Assembly (NCBI GenBank): GCA_000182565.2
Contig: KQ257466.1
Origin: Spizellomyces punctatus DAOM BR117
Lineage: Eukaryota
Reading direction: 5' to 3' (one strand)
Length of the DNA stretch: 64,000 nucleotides
Below the pieces are notes generated by a model, which saw only the letters and a list, made by a program, of their open reading frames with translations, ran no database searches and was not told the origin of the DNA. Positions 52,101 to 64,000 of the stretch are shown here, piece after piece; the stretch's first letter is position 1; every line of letters starts with the position of its first letter. The translations under genes and the position numbers were made by a program.

Positions 52101-55100
52101 TCTGCAGTAATTTCGCAATAGCCAGAGCCAACGGGACTCGAATAGGTATCGTGTTGTCGTCAACTGCCGCCAGGTAGCCTTGCAGATCCGGCAAGAGCCT
52201 TTGCATGACCGTACTATGCACCCGTTCAGTAAGCGAGATGTCCGGCATCTCACTACCCAATTTGTTCACCATGCCTTCGGCTCCTTCATCTATCTGGTCC
52301 TCATCGATGTCAACTTCAACATGGTCATTTGCATCTTCAGGTACGTACAACTGAACTGCACTTTCTTCACTGCTCACATTGGGCATCGCGTGATCATTCT
52401 TTCCTGAGACATCGAAATGGAAATTATCCAGCACGCTGATGATGACCCGGTTTATCACTTTCTCAAGTGCCGGCTTGTGCTGTAGGGCGTTGAGAAACCG
52501 TTTGAGCAGTCCATAATAATGTCCCCAACTCAACGATCCTGCACATGCTGCAAGGGTAGTAACCGCTTCATTGATTAGGTCGTGATCTTGCACACGGTCA
52601 GATTCGAAAATAAAATGTACAACGATCGGAACAAATACATTAGCGATGTTCCCGACCGTTAAATGTCCCGCTCTACATTCATCGGCAAGGCGTCGCAATG
52701 CACGAATGCGTCGATGTATTTGCATGTGGTATATATTGCCGAAGAAACTGGCTTCCTCATCGCCGTCAGCCAAAAGACCCACCATATCAGAAACAGATGA
52801 CAAAGATGGGAAAGAGCGCACAGTCTGTGCCAACAGATTTAGAAACTCCTGTCGGATCAGCTCGATCTTGAGCTTGAACCCTCGTCGTATCCTCGGAAGT
52901 ATAACGTGAACCAACAAGTTCATCCGCTCCGCACACTCTTCTGGCGTGTCCCTATGCCGCTGTTCCGACGTTCGGGCAATAAATTGGGATACGCAAAAAC
53001 CGGCGCTAGTACGAATGGAGAACTCTTCAGGTTCCTGAATGTAAAACAGCAGGTTATGCAAAATTGGTAGCCATTGCGTACAGCTCAACGTGACGTAGAG
53101 AGATTGACTGATGCGTCCAAAGGCCTCAAAGCGGCGATCAAAGTCTGGTTCGTCAAGGCGGTTTGTGGAATATGCGTTTAGCCCATGTATGAGCTCTGAC
53201 ACAAGGTTCAGACTAGCATCAAGCTTGACAAATTCCGAAAAGACTTTAAGTAATTGTTCGCGCGCTTCTCTACTTTCTAGCGTTCCAAACAGTTGGGATA
53301 TGACCTTGAAGTAAATTGTGCCACAGGGTGATGTTTCCCTCAACGCAGGTAATATGGACACGAAGTCGGAAAAAATCCGAAGGATTTCGACCTTGGTGGA
53401 CTCTGGAACAGCCTTCGCGGGCCGTTTTAGGTAAGGTAGCATCATGTCCAGCAGATTAGACGCCTGATCAGCATCCGTCACGTGCATGGATATCTGTGCC
53501 AGGATGCGAATCACCCGAGCGGGAATAGTGTTGCCCAGTAATCGTGTTGGCCCCTTGTCTTCGAAAAGAGAAGAGAGCAAACAGCGGAGATTGAACATCA
53601 GCACAGATAAACTCGGTTTTATGATATTCGTTGCCAGGGAATCGGATGGATACTCGTCATCCAATAGCAGAATCGCTTCAACGATTTCCAACACGACATT
53701 GACGACCGCGGGTTGTACTTTCTTCGCGGAGAGGAGAGACAGAATGCTCGGGAATAAAAGTGGCGAGTAATCGATCAAATACGATGCATATTGTCGATGT
53801 TTCGACCATGTCCTCAGAAGCTCAAGGAGTGAACTAGGCGCCTGCGTATTCTCAACACCGAATGCGGCAATCCGTTTGTTGATGGACGTCTGGAACATCG
53901 CCGGGATATACGGGCTAAAGTCAAAATCCAAATCCACCTCAAATAGCTCGTTTACCCTACGGATTGCGAGAACACGAATCTCCTTCAGTTGCTTGTCGAC
54001 ATACGATTCCCCTGGATCCTCATTTGTCTCAGAGGACCGGTTATTTCTTTTGCGATCTTCCTCGAGAGTATTAGAAAAATGTAGCAGGTATAGCAGGACT
54101 TTTAGTAGCTTTGGTAGGAAGGGGACCAGTAGATTCCTCAGTTGCTTAATGGCATCTTGAAGCAAATGCAGATAGCCAATTTTTCTCTTCATGTCCCTGA
54201 GCGATTCGTTCATTAAACCATCCGTTATCTGCAAAGGGGCCTCAAAGGTCGGTTCCGGAGTACAGACGACGGCATCGAACGAGTCTAGCATCATGTCAAA
54301 GATGTGTGCGCGGTAGGACTCATCTAATCCAGCTAGAAACGCGAAAATCGCCGTTCGCCGGGCTCTTAACATCATTGCAGAACTTCGACCTCGTTTACTG
54401 ATGAGCTTGCCGTACAGAATGCGCACTAGAACCTGGGCTAAAGGCGCCTGATCCACAACTTTCACATTCGCATGAATGTCCTCCATATCCACCTTTGAAA
54501 GAGTGTCACGAAACTTATCGTCCTCGGTAAGACATTTCAAAGCATCTTCCAAATATAGGATCCCCGGCTGTTTCCAGGCGATTATACATTCGAGAGCCAA
54601 TCTCTGAAGCCGATCATCCCCATGCGAAAGAAGCTGCAGGTAAACGTTGTACAACAAATGCGACTTATAAATACGGGAAGGTTGCCTAACTTTCGACATG
54701 ACACCTAGGAAATCGATCACTCTCATTCGACATCCATCTCTGATCTCAACATGCGCTTGCTGACGCTCTGTGCCTGCTCCATTTGGTAGAGGTTGACGAG
54801 GTTGAAAGGTGGTTTGACGACAATCCTCCATCTCAAATAGCGCGAGGAATATGGAAACAATCTGCTCAGAATGCTTCTCGACGGCTTGGGGTACACCAGA
54901 GAGAATGCCTATGAGAAGAGAATGATATTTCACCGGATCGAAACGATGGCTGGAAATGGTTACTAGATCTCTTAAGAATATGGACAGGCGGTCATCGATA
55001 TCAGTGTAAACGGCACGGACTAAGATAGTCCCATCTGCGACATTTGTGCAGTTCACCGTAACGCCGGGTTGCGGAGCTTCGAGCGCCGGCGAAACGTCTT

Positions 55101-58100
55101 CCTTGTTCTCCAGACCTGCCTGATCACACATATTCATGTCTTTTCGTATCATGCAAGTTACATCCGCTCCTAGAAGCGTTTCATAATATGCTGACCAGAA
55201 AAGGCTCAGATCGCGTTGTCCAAGGTTGCAAACGAGTTTAGTGGCTTCGGCCCAAAGAGGGGTGAACGGCACACTCAACATCGCCAACGCATAGCGTAAG
55301 GGCGCCTGCGCATACATAGCCGGCAGAGTACCAGACAGAGCTAGGGACTCGAGACGCCGGAAAAGGATGGTCTTCTCTCTAAGTGTCGCGACCGTGTTTG
55401 CAGTGCGTTCCACCTCCAAGCAGATCGCAAAAACAGGACAGGTTCCAGTATATGCGCTATCCTTACTAGGTTCCAGAGGACACTGATCAAACGCACATAA
55501 TATTCGTAAGGTATGCAGTCGAACGTCCCCGTTCAGAGACCCAATATCTTTACCAATAGTGGCAAAAACTTCTCCAAGATTACCGGTAGATAGGAGAGCG
55601 TGATCGCCCGACCGCTGAAGGACTTCTACAAAGTCGGCCACCCCTTGCAGAGCTACAGCATTGTTGACAGCATAAGGCAGAAACGAAGTGATGATCACAT
55701 CCCATGCGTCGCCTAAGCGATGAATGCTCCCACTCCGTGAAGCAGATTCAGATAGAGCACCGATCACATGGCCAGCCAAAGCAGACATTACAGCGCGGCT
55801 GGCAGGGTCGGTCAACATGTCGCCAGAGAGAACGTCCACGAGCGATGCTATCAAAGCATTTAGAGCCTCAAAAACGTCCGCAAATGGTAGCGCAATGTAA
55901 GGGATGGTTGAACATACGGCGGCAAGTAGACCGAGATCTGAAGATGCCTGATGCGATTCGTTCGCGATTTCTCGAAACTTAGCGTTCCAGCTTTCTCGCT
56001 CTCGCAATAAATCAATAATTGCCGGAGCTATATCAGATTCAGGCTTGCTTTTAATCTCATTTCTTGTTGATGATCGGAGGTAGCTCACATGAGAGTCAAA
56101 GCGAATGCGATTATCAGCCGTCTTAAAAGAATATGGAAGGGTTGCGATGTATTGATCGATCTTGCCGCAAAAGCTCGCTAAACACAGAATAAATTCTTTT
56201 GGATGGAGTGCCCATCTTCCTTGTATATATCTGGGATAGATGACATGAATACGAGCCGTATGATGCGGACAAATCCGGATGTGTCACTTACGTCAACAAA
56301 TACGGAAGGATGATTCTGGGGAAGTGCTCCCAATTCCGATGATGGAGCAGGTCGCAAAAATGGAGGACGAGTGCGAAGTCCTACATAGCAGTTATCATAA
56401 GAATCAGGCACACGTTATTCAGAGTTCGATATGCAACCGTACATCAGTTGTGAAGAGGGTATTCAAAATATCCTTCCCACGGGTAAGCACCTCTTCCATT
56501 GAAGAAATCAGCAAGCATTCGGCCAGCAGCTCAACAAAAGCTGTTTTTGTGTGCGATGGGCAGTCACCGCGCGCCTCGTAAAGAAGTTGGCAAAGAGGGT
56601 TCAATGTCATATAGAGCGACTCTCGATCTGTGAAGTCAGATGAGATAAGGCGATCAAGTTCCTTCATTTACGCACCACTTCAATCAACGTACTTGTGACC
56701 TTTCTGCCATTGCGAAGAGCAACCCAATTGCGGATCAAATGCATTATTTTGCTTAGTTGCATATAGATAGTCGCTGTTGGTGTTCCTGCCCTAATTTTTT
56801 CCATCCATGACTGCAACTCGCTTAACAAAGTATCCCATAGAGGGATCAGATTCTCAGTTGCGGTATGATGCCCGACTAGTTCAAATAAGCGCTGCAGCAT
56901 CCGGTACGCAGGATCTGAACCTAAACATTAATACTTGAAAAGTTTACAATGACAAACGCTGTCCGAAATACCGGTGTCATCGGATCCTTCACTCAGTATT
57001 ACCAAGAATAGCTGCCTCACCATTACTGGTGACCGGTAGTGGACGTTTCCGTCTACTTGCTGCAAGGACGGTAGTGTGAGATACCATACGTGGGTCGTGT
57101 TCGTCATGCCATATACGTGCCTTAACAGCTTCGAAGAAAAGTGCGCTGAGGCCATCGAGAAGAGGATCCTCAGGGGTCGCTCTGAGGCGCCGGATGATGT
57201 CCTCATACAATAAGGCAGCGGATGCTCCTTGAACCTTTCGCATCAACGATCCGAAGGATTCTGCTGCAAAACGCCGAATGTACTCTTTTGTGCTTCTTAA
57301 CAGTGGGACCATTAAGCTATTTTTCAAGTACGCAGAGGAAGGAATTAATGACCGGGGCAACCGATGAATCGCGAATGCAACATACTCAAAAGTCGAAGAC
57401 ATATCATTTAGTAGGTATTTGGATTGATATTTAACAAGATACGCGAGAGTATTGAACAGGCACTATAATGAAAGGTGACGCAAGAAAAATATGATGAGAC
57501 CCCCAGTCTTGATGGCCCCAGAGACATCAGGACTTACCTCGGTTAGTTTGATATCTGATATTTGGAGCAATCGAACAATGATTTCAAAAAGTGGACGGAT
57601 ATAGGGATGGAAATCATCCTGCAGATCTCGAGCTAACGCCACGGTCAAACTGGAAAACGGATTAGTAACATGCTCCCATCGCAAGCAGGCACTCGTATAC
57701 GTACTCCAAAATCGGCTCGTACGCGAGACTGTCGAATATTTGAAGATGACGCATGATCAATGTCATCATCGCATCTTTATGATATAGTATTTGCACCAGT
57801 GACATGGACAAGGGCCGCACATCCCGGACAAATGAAGTGAAGTGTCCAGTACAGTTGACTTCCACCCATCGATCAAGAGCATCCTTGAAGAAAGAGCCAT
57901 CCTCGTCCTGGTGACAGTTGCCAGATCAGACATTTGTACAAATGTTTGAACTTTCAATGTCCCGAGAACAAGCAAACGTACCTCGATTGGACCATGTTGT
58001 CGGACACGATGAGCAACGTCGATTTTCACCGTTTTGATACGATCATGAAACGATTGAAACTAAGACAGTTCAGGGTGAGAAATCCTTATATTTCGGGAGA

Positions 58101-58177
58101 TAATGTGAGGCTGGACGTACCCTAAACCGGTTACTACCGTCGGTTGTATTAAGCTCTTTTACTGTGGGCTGCAGCAT
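49180..58177 (-). CDS. UTP20: U3 snoRNP / SSU processome component Utp20 (HEAT repeats), multi-exon
   Basis: N-terminal NRFR|FQSFHDRIKTVKIDVAHR, LALARDLQDDF, EYIRRFAAESF, DEPDFDRRFEAF, NIYHMQIHRRIRAL, RGYQLHVLGFTVH, YEHESGRESVLE and a basic C-terminus. Confidence 0.93.
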
Positions 58178-58606
58178 GGCCGGTGTAATGGAAGAGTAGG
58201 GCCCGGGGAATGATGAATGCGCTCAATGACCGAGGAGCCGGTCGCAAGGCTCCCGCTAGGTTAGGCTGCCCTTGAATTTACTACGAAAAATGTGCCTGGA
58301 CTGGGCAGCGAAGATCTACTTCGACGATCTCACGTAAGTCAAAAATAAAAAAATGATTACGTCCGCTTGCCCCCAAGGCGGCTTAGCGCGTCCCCTGCAA
58401 TGAGTTGGGTAGGCATGAAACCCAAAAGTCGACGTAAACGGATTCCGAGATCATCAGCAAACGAAGCACAGGAACGAACAGGGTTTACCTAGTAGGATCC
58501 GGCTACTAGCTATTTTTAGGCCACCGGATCACCCATTTGGGTAGCTCGTATCGTGGCTTACCACCAAGCGATTACATCCTATGGTCCGACTTGTGTGAGT
58601 GGACGA

Positions 58607-59240
58607 ATGACAGCGAGCAGCGCGGAGACCTCTTTTCGTAAACGGAGGCGGTCTCTTGGAGAAGATATTAATCATGAGACCAAGTGGTACCGGATGCTAC
58701 CTGACGATGATAACGTTACTCCAGTACATCCTCACAACTCATCAGACGTGCCGGTATCTTGCACCCTCGCAGCATCCTGCTTGAACTTCTCATTCCAAAC
58801 AGTTGATGCCTACCGGGAGCACTACCGTGAGGCCCATGTGCTCCTGTGCTTTGTTTGTGGGCGTATTTTACCTACCGCATACTTGCTGGACATTCATCTC
58901 CAGGAGATGCACGATAGTTTTTTCCAGGTTTTAGCCGCTCAGCAAGATATGGTATGGTACCCATATAACTCGTTGTCGGACAGCATGTTTCGTAACTTTT
59001 GGTTATTAGTACCGGTGCCTGGTGGAGGGATGTACCACTCTGTCATCCACTGCACAATCCCGAAATCATCACTTCAGTCATTCACATTCACTTAACAAGG
59101 AGTATGATGTTCGCGTGGTCTTTGGAGAAGATCCACATGAAGTGAGATCAAGTGAACCGGATTCCAGGCTTCTCTTGCTTTCCCCAGCGGACGCCGCAAC
59201 TGTAGCGAGTTACGATACGTGCGATTTAGACAGTATATAG
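58607..59240 (+). CDS. C2H2 zinc-finger protein, ZNF511-like, 2 exons
   Basis: YREHYREAHVLLCFVCGRILPTAYLLDIHLQEMHDSFFQVLAAQQDM|YRCLVEGC..RNHHFSHSH matches the ZNF511-type 'HLxExHDSFF...YxCLVEGC' pattern. Confidence 0.8.
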
Positions 59241-59312
59241 AAGCCGCAGAGTTTTAACACATATTTAAATCGGTCAATTTTTGTACAGAATAAGCTGCAA
59301 TATACAAGACTG

Positions 59313-62300
59313 CTATGACTGGGGGGAGCGCATTAAGGACTGGTTGATGGATTTGGCCACGCTAGAAAACAGTCGCTCGATTTCCGGAGCACACCGTATG
59401 AAGTTCGTATGATCCCAGAAATTGTAACGCGGGTTTCGGATCAATTCGATAAACGTTATCAGAAGGCCGTACGGATGTGGTCGGTTTACTACCAGCCTCT
59501 CAATCAAGACCCTTGAAGATAGAGGTATCGGTTGTCAGACAGCGGAATGCTTACACAGTATCATGTATCGATCCAATTACCTTGTTATTTGTTCCTGCAC
59601 AATCTCCTGATTCGCCTCGGCAAACAGGTAGAGCAGTACACAACTGAAATAATGCGTGTGACTATTAGGGTAGCGAAGTTGATTGGCTATTGAACTGAAG
59701 AGCAAGTATCGACCTACGTAAAGATACATTTATGAGCTAAGACTGTGTTTACTAGCCGATTGGCTATTTCCTTACCTTCCGTGTCGAGATCCACCGCCAA
59801 TTGCTGAAATATGTCCATGGGAGCGCTGTGTGTTATGGGAGTGGAGCTTTGCGACTGCTTACTCTGGGTTTGCGTTATGGCTTGTACACCAACGTACAAT
59901 ACCAGAGCATTGATAGCGGCGACATTATAAGCAGAGTCCGGAAGGAGCAAGCGACTCCGTAAGTCCAGCAGAAACGTTACTGGCCCACGCGTCTTCAAAT
60001 ACACGTCAATGTCTTGCTTGAAATTGTTCAGTAGCAAGCTGCTGGTGTAGTCGGACAGAACGTGCGGCGGCTGGTTGATTTCCGGTAATAAGTCAACTTT
60101 CAGATTCGGTGTAAACGGATCCGGCAGCCGCATGTTTCTCGGAAAGGCGCTAAGAATCAGATTCCGCAGTTGTATGCACGTATGGGGAATCACATCTACA
60201 AAGCTGAAATGATAGTCGCACAGAAATTCGGGAAAGTCGTGCAGCAAGACAAGCAAAATGCGCAAAGTTGCTCTGTACAATAGCCGCGTGGTTTCCGACA
60301 TTTCCACTTGTTTCAACAACGGCCCGAGAAATTTAAACAGGTCGACCAAGAGGCGCTGGAAGAACGGCCAAAACTGATGAAGAAGAAAATGAGCCGTCTA
60401 TTCGGTATACGCACAAGCGGTGTCCAGCTACCTTTTGATTTTCAGCTAAAAGCAGCTTAGACATGAAAAAGCGGTGTGAAACGAGCTGCAGCCACGAAAA
60501 CGTGAATCCAGGCAGGAATGAAGGCTGGAGAGTATGGAATGTGTTGCTGCATCAAGCATAAACGTAAACAGGCATTCATTGCATCAGAGATGACAGCTAT
60601 CCACAAATACGTACCTGACGGCCGACAGAATCTGAATGTAAATTGGTTGCAGATCGTGTTCAAACATGTTGAGATCGTTCAGTAGCGTGGAAAACAATCG
60701 GAAGAAGGGGCGTTGGTTGAAATGAGTACGCTGCTGTTCGTGGGAATGAACCAAGACCAACACGATAATCGAAAGAATCTTTGCTGTCAGATTCAGCCGC
60801 GCATGGTTGTTGTCTGCGCCGGCGGGATCAACATGGTAGCGTACGAGGAGAACAATCAGCCGCGCAAAGGCGTCTACGGCCTGGAAAGGTAGGGCGGGCG
60901 GAATATCAGGGCTGGATTTTGACTTGATGTACGAATCAATGCATATCTCCGTGCAAACACGGAAGAATAGTGGTGAGATCGACTCGGCCTTCAGGATGCC
61001 TTGCTGTTGCAGCTGAGAAGCGACCTCTGAGAATAAGCATCTGACCAACTAAGCAATTCGAAACACCTTCCCCGTACCTGTTGAATGAAGAACGCATGGG
61101 CCTTTTCGTTGGAAGCGGGATGATAAAATGTGCGGGTCCAATCATGGAACAAAGCAGCCAGGTGCTCTCGAAGGCTTGCCGTTTCATTATCTTTTGCAGT
61201 CAAATCCTTGACGGAGAAAAGAGGCATATTACTCCTCCATGCTTCCAACTGTTGAACAATGCTGGATGAAGTGTGGTATCAGCAAAATCTACCCTTATCA
61301 ATGGATGGTGTTCACCAAATAACTGACCCATCTGATAGTTTCCCACGCATTGCCAATTTGTTTAGCATTTCGAGACTATTAAAGAAACCGCTCTGCAATG
61401 CTACTGGCTGATCGGCTTCTACAAACTTCTGCATCAAGTCCACGGTGAACTCAATGACAGGTGTGCGGCCACCGTCCATTAAACGAGCCAGTTGCATATC
61501 AAGTTCAGAAATACTCAAAAGATTCGCTTGAACAATTGCGAGCGTTGCAGAAACATTGTATTTGCGCTGACCATTAACAGGTTAATACGGACATAGAGCA
61601 TGTTCGACCAAGCGCCTCTCCTTACCTCATCATCATGGTAGAGCAACCAATCTTTAATTTCTTTTGCTAACCGCTTGGAGACGTCACACATCTTTTCCAG
61701 CAGATGCATATAGACCTCTCGTCCGATCGGTGAGTTGTTCTTATACAGTAGCTGGACAACTTTCTGTGCGAAAAGCAGTGCAATTTCATCTCGATTGAAA
61801 GAGTGCGATAGGAGCAACAGTATGTCACGCATTAAAATGCGAATTTCATGCTGAGCTGGAAGGGTAGCCAGTGTAGCAGTGGAGTTCTGAAGGACTTGTT
61901 GCTCTAAATCGGACATATAATGCTATAGCGATACGTCCTTTAGCTTGGAATTACACCCGAACGTTGCGGCCTAAACAAAACGCGTCTCACCGCAAACTTT
62001 TCAACACATTGTTGCGTGGGTAATGCGCCCCTTGGTTCCTCAAATGTTCCTTCCCCAGCACCCGGAAGGACAGCAGAGACCGTGTCTGAGCGTGTTTCTG
62101 CCCGAGGTATTGCATGCCGAGTCGTCTTTTCACCAAGTTCGGCGCCTGTATATGACAAAATTGGTATTCTGCATTGAAATGCAAATGCATGTCAGGTTCT
62201 TCAGCAGAAGGCCTACCAGGCGTAGGGGACATTTGCCGAGATACTCTAGAGAAGTCTTCGTATACGCGGAACTACGCGAAGTTAGAAACATACTCGCCAA

Positions 62301-64000
62301 CCATAGCCTTGCACCGTGTAATAGTTTACCTGCTGCACATTTAGTCCGCCAATTTTTAGCCGCAGCGGCTCCGGTAAAGTGGAAGGATACCGGGAGGCCG
62401 CGTAAACAGCCATATCATAGTATGGTTGATTACTCCGCTTCATTCAAGAATTAGATCGGTTCCGCATTGAAACGGGCTAAGCTTTTAACTCACCTCTCGA
62501 TGTTTTCGTCGATTAACAAAAGATGTGGCCAACGCCTCGTCAATGTCAGGCAGGGCCTTCTCAGCAGCGGCTTTCTCTAATACAGAGCACGCCAGATCTA
62601 AATTGTCGGCTACAATAATGTACACGGCTTGCTCCGGCATCGTTTGCTGGTAATATCAGTGACAATGTCAAGCTAGATTCGGTTGGTAACGCAATGCGAC
62701 GAGCATCGTATACCTCTGTGAAGCCGTTCTGCACCAATAGACTGCGGAGATGAGACATCATGCTCACCCGTAAGGGTTCACGAGATGATACTGCAGCCAA
62801 GCTCCCTGGACATCATAATTAGAGCTAGCACCCAACTCTCTCACTGGTTGTACGTACCCGCGAGGTTAGACACCATGAGATGTGCAGCCTTGCGCATTTT
62901 ATTCTCATCCGGCTCTAAAGCAAAATCTTTGATAACGATTTCTCGCGTAGCGATTCCTGCGATAGTGACGCTTCGCTCGACAACAGGGGATATTATCTAC
63001 AAGAAGCCTAACTCAGCGACACAATTTTACGGCTCCGAATACACACAAAATTGAACCTCTCTTATAGCGCGATCAATAGCGATGTGCACTATTCTCTTTA
63101 AGGATGGCTGCGCAGTAAAAATTGGCAAGTTGGGGTTAAAAGTGATGAAAGCTGCGAGATTCGGGATGCCAACCCCGTTTTCATCGGCTGGAGACAACAA
63201 TGAGATGGCGTATAGAATGCCAGTTGACAATAAGATGGATCTCACCAGCGGTTGTATTTGTTGCCAATGGTGTGTGATTGGAGAGTGAGAGCAGTGGTTG
63301 GTCAGACCCCAAACCTGCTCCCAATCCGCTAGTGAAAGTGGCAGAGTTCGGATCTACAGGGAAAGCTCCTCCCAGTGTTCCGTTACCCACAGCCCCGGTA
63401 GTTGAAAGGGTTGAAGTCAGAGGTTTGCCAATATTCTTAAAAGCGTCGGTGGTAATGGTGGACTCTCTCTGGGGTCTATTGCGCAGGAGACTCGTTGGCT
63501 GAATATCTGGACATTCCGAAGGTCAACCACGCCGGCAATCTGTGATATATATACAACAATTCAAACCTTTGACATCGAGTTTGATGTTTTTGCAAAGGAC
63601 TTCGATCTCAAATTTCAAATTCAACTTCAGGTCGGCAAAATGATATAATTCAGCTAGCAGTTTCATGACGGCCATGAGCCACGGGTTGGGAGGTTTGAAA
63701 ACTTTGCTAGCGTTGCACTGCTCGAGGACCTTGCATACAAAAGGTATAACCACTATCAAGCGTCCGCTGTCGTACCCCTCAAGTAGTAGATCCTAAAATC
63801 ACCAGTCAGTTTCGTGTGCAAGGGAGGAGGCGGCGCTCAAATATATCTTACTACCTTCACCGCCAAGTTTTTGTGCTTAATTGGCCTGTTTTTGCCAAGA
63901 GTGATACCTCCAAGCCATGTTCCAAGGTTTTTTAACAAGGAGCGTTCTTGAGAAGATGTAACAGTTTTCTCCGAGTTCAGCAAAATGCGTATATTCGCAA
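59313..64000 (-). CDS. NOT1: CCR4-NOT complex scaffold Not1, 3' part, multi-exon, runs off the window end
   Basis: [95 protein letters not shown] and [14 protein letters not shown]. Confidence 0.96.

Noticed and set aside
44248-58332. Shared CGATCTCA upstream of NOP15 and UTP20 as a ribosome-biogenesis motif
   Set aside because: An 8-mer is expected by chance at this scale, it also occurs inside NOT1 coding sequence (~63603), and it does not match the PAC or RRPE consensus.

Overview
Eukaryotic, intron-rich genomic DNA with short GT-AG introns, most likely from a flagellated (zoosporic, chytrid-type) fungus. This is inferred from fungal-type housekeeping genes plus a full-length axonemal DNAH6-like dynein heavy chain (~17.0-31.0 kb, containing a 375-N gap). 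Recognisable conserved genes are CRM1/XPO1 (5' part), an ECM15/thiamine-binding family gene, a MED15-like gene, UBP3/USP10, a CaMK1-like kinase, a DnaJ-domain gene, NOP15, LTA4H/LAP2, UTP20, a ZNF511-like gene and NOT1 (3' part). An accessory, repeat-rich zone (~2.3-2.7 kb and ~9-16.5 kb) holds a solo LTR with a 5-bp TSD whose empty site is visible in a paralogous copy, a second inverted LTR copy, an orphan 7TM-like gene, a decayed Ty1/copia element with an apparent chromodomain after the integrase, and an F-box + XPA-like gene. Other notable items are a SUKH/SMI1-KNR4-like gene, a PD-(D/E)XK nuclease-fold gene, and predicted micro-exons of 2, 6, 15 and 21 nt. All calls come from reading the sequence and remembered family motifs; no database searches were run and exon boundaries are manual predictions.
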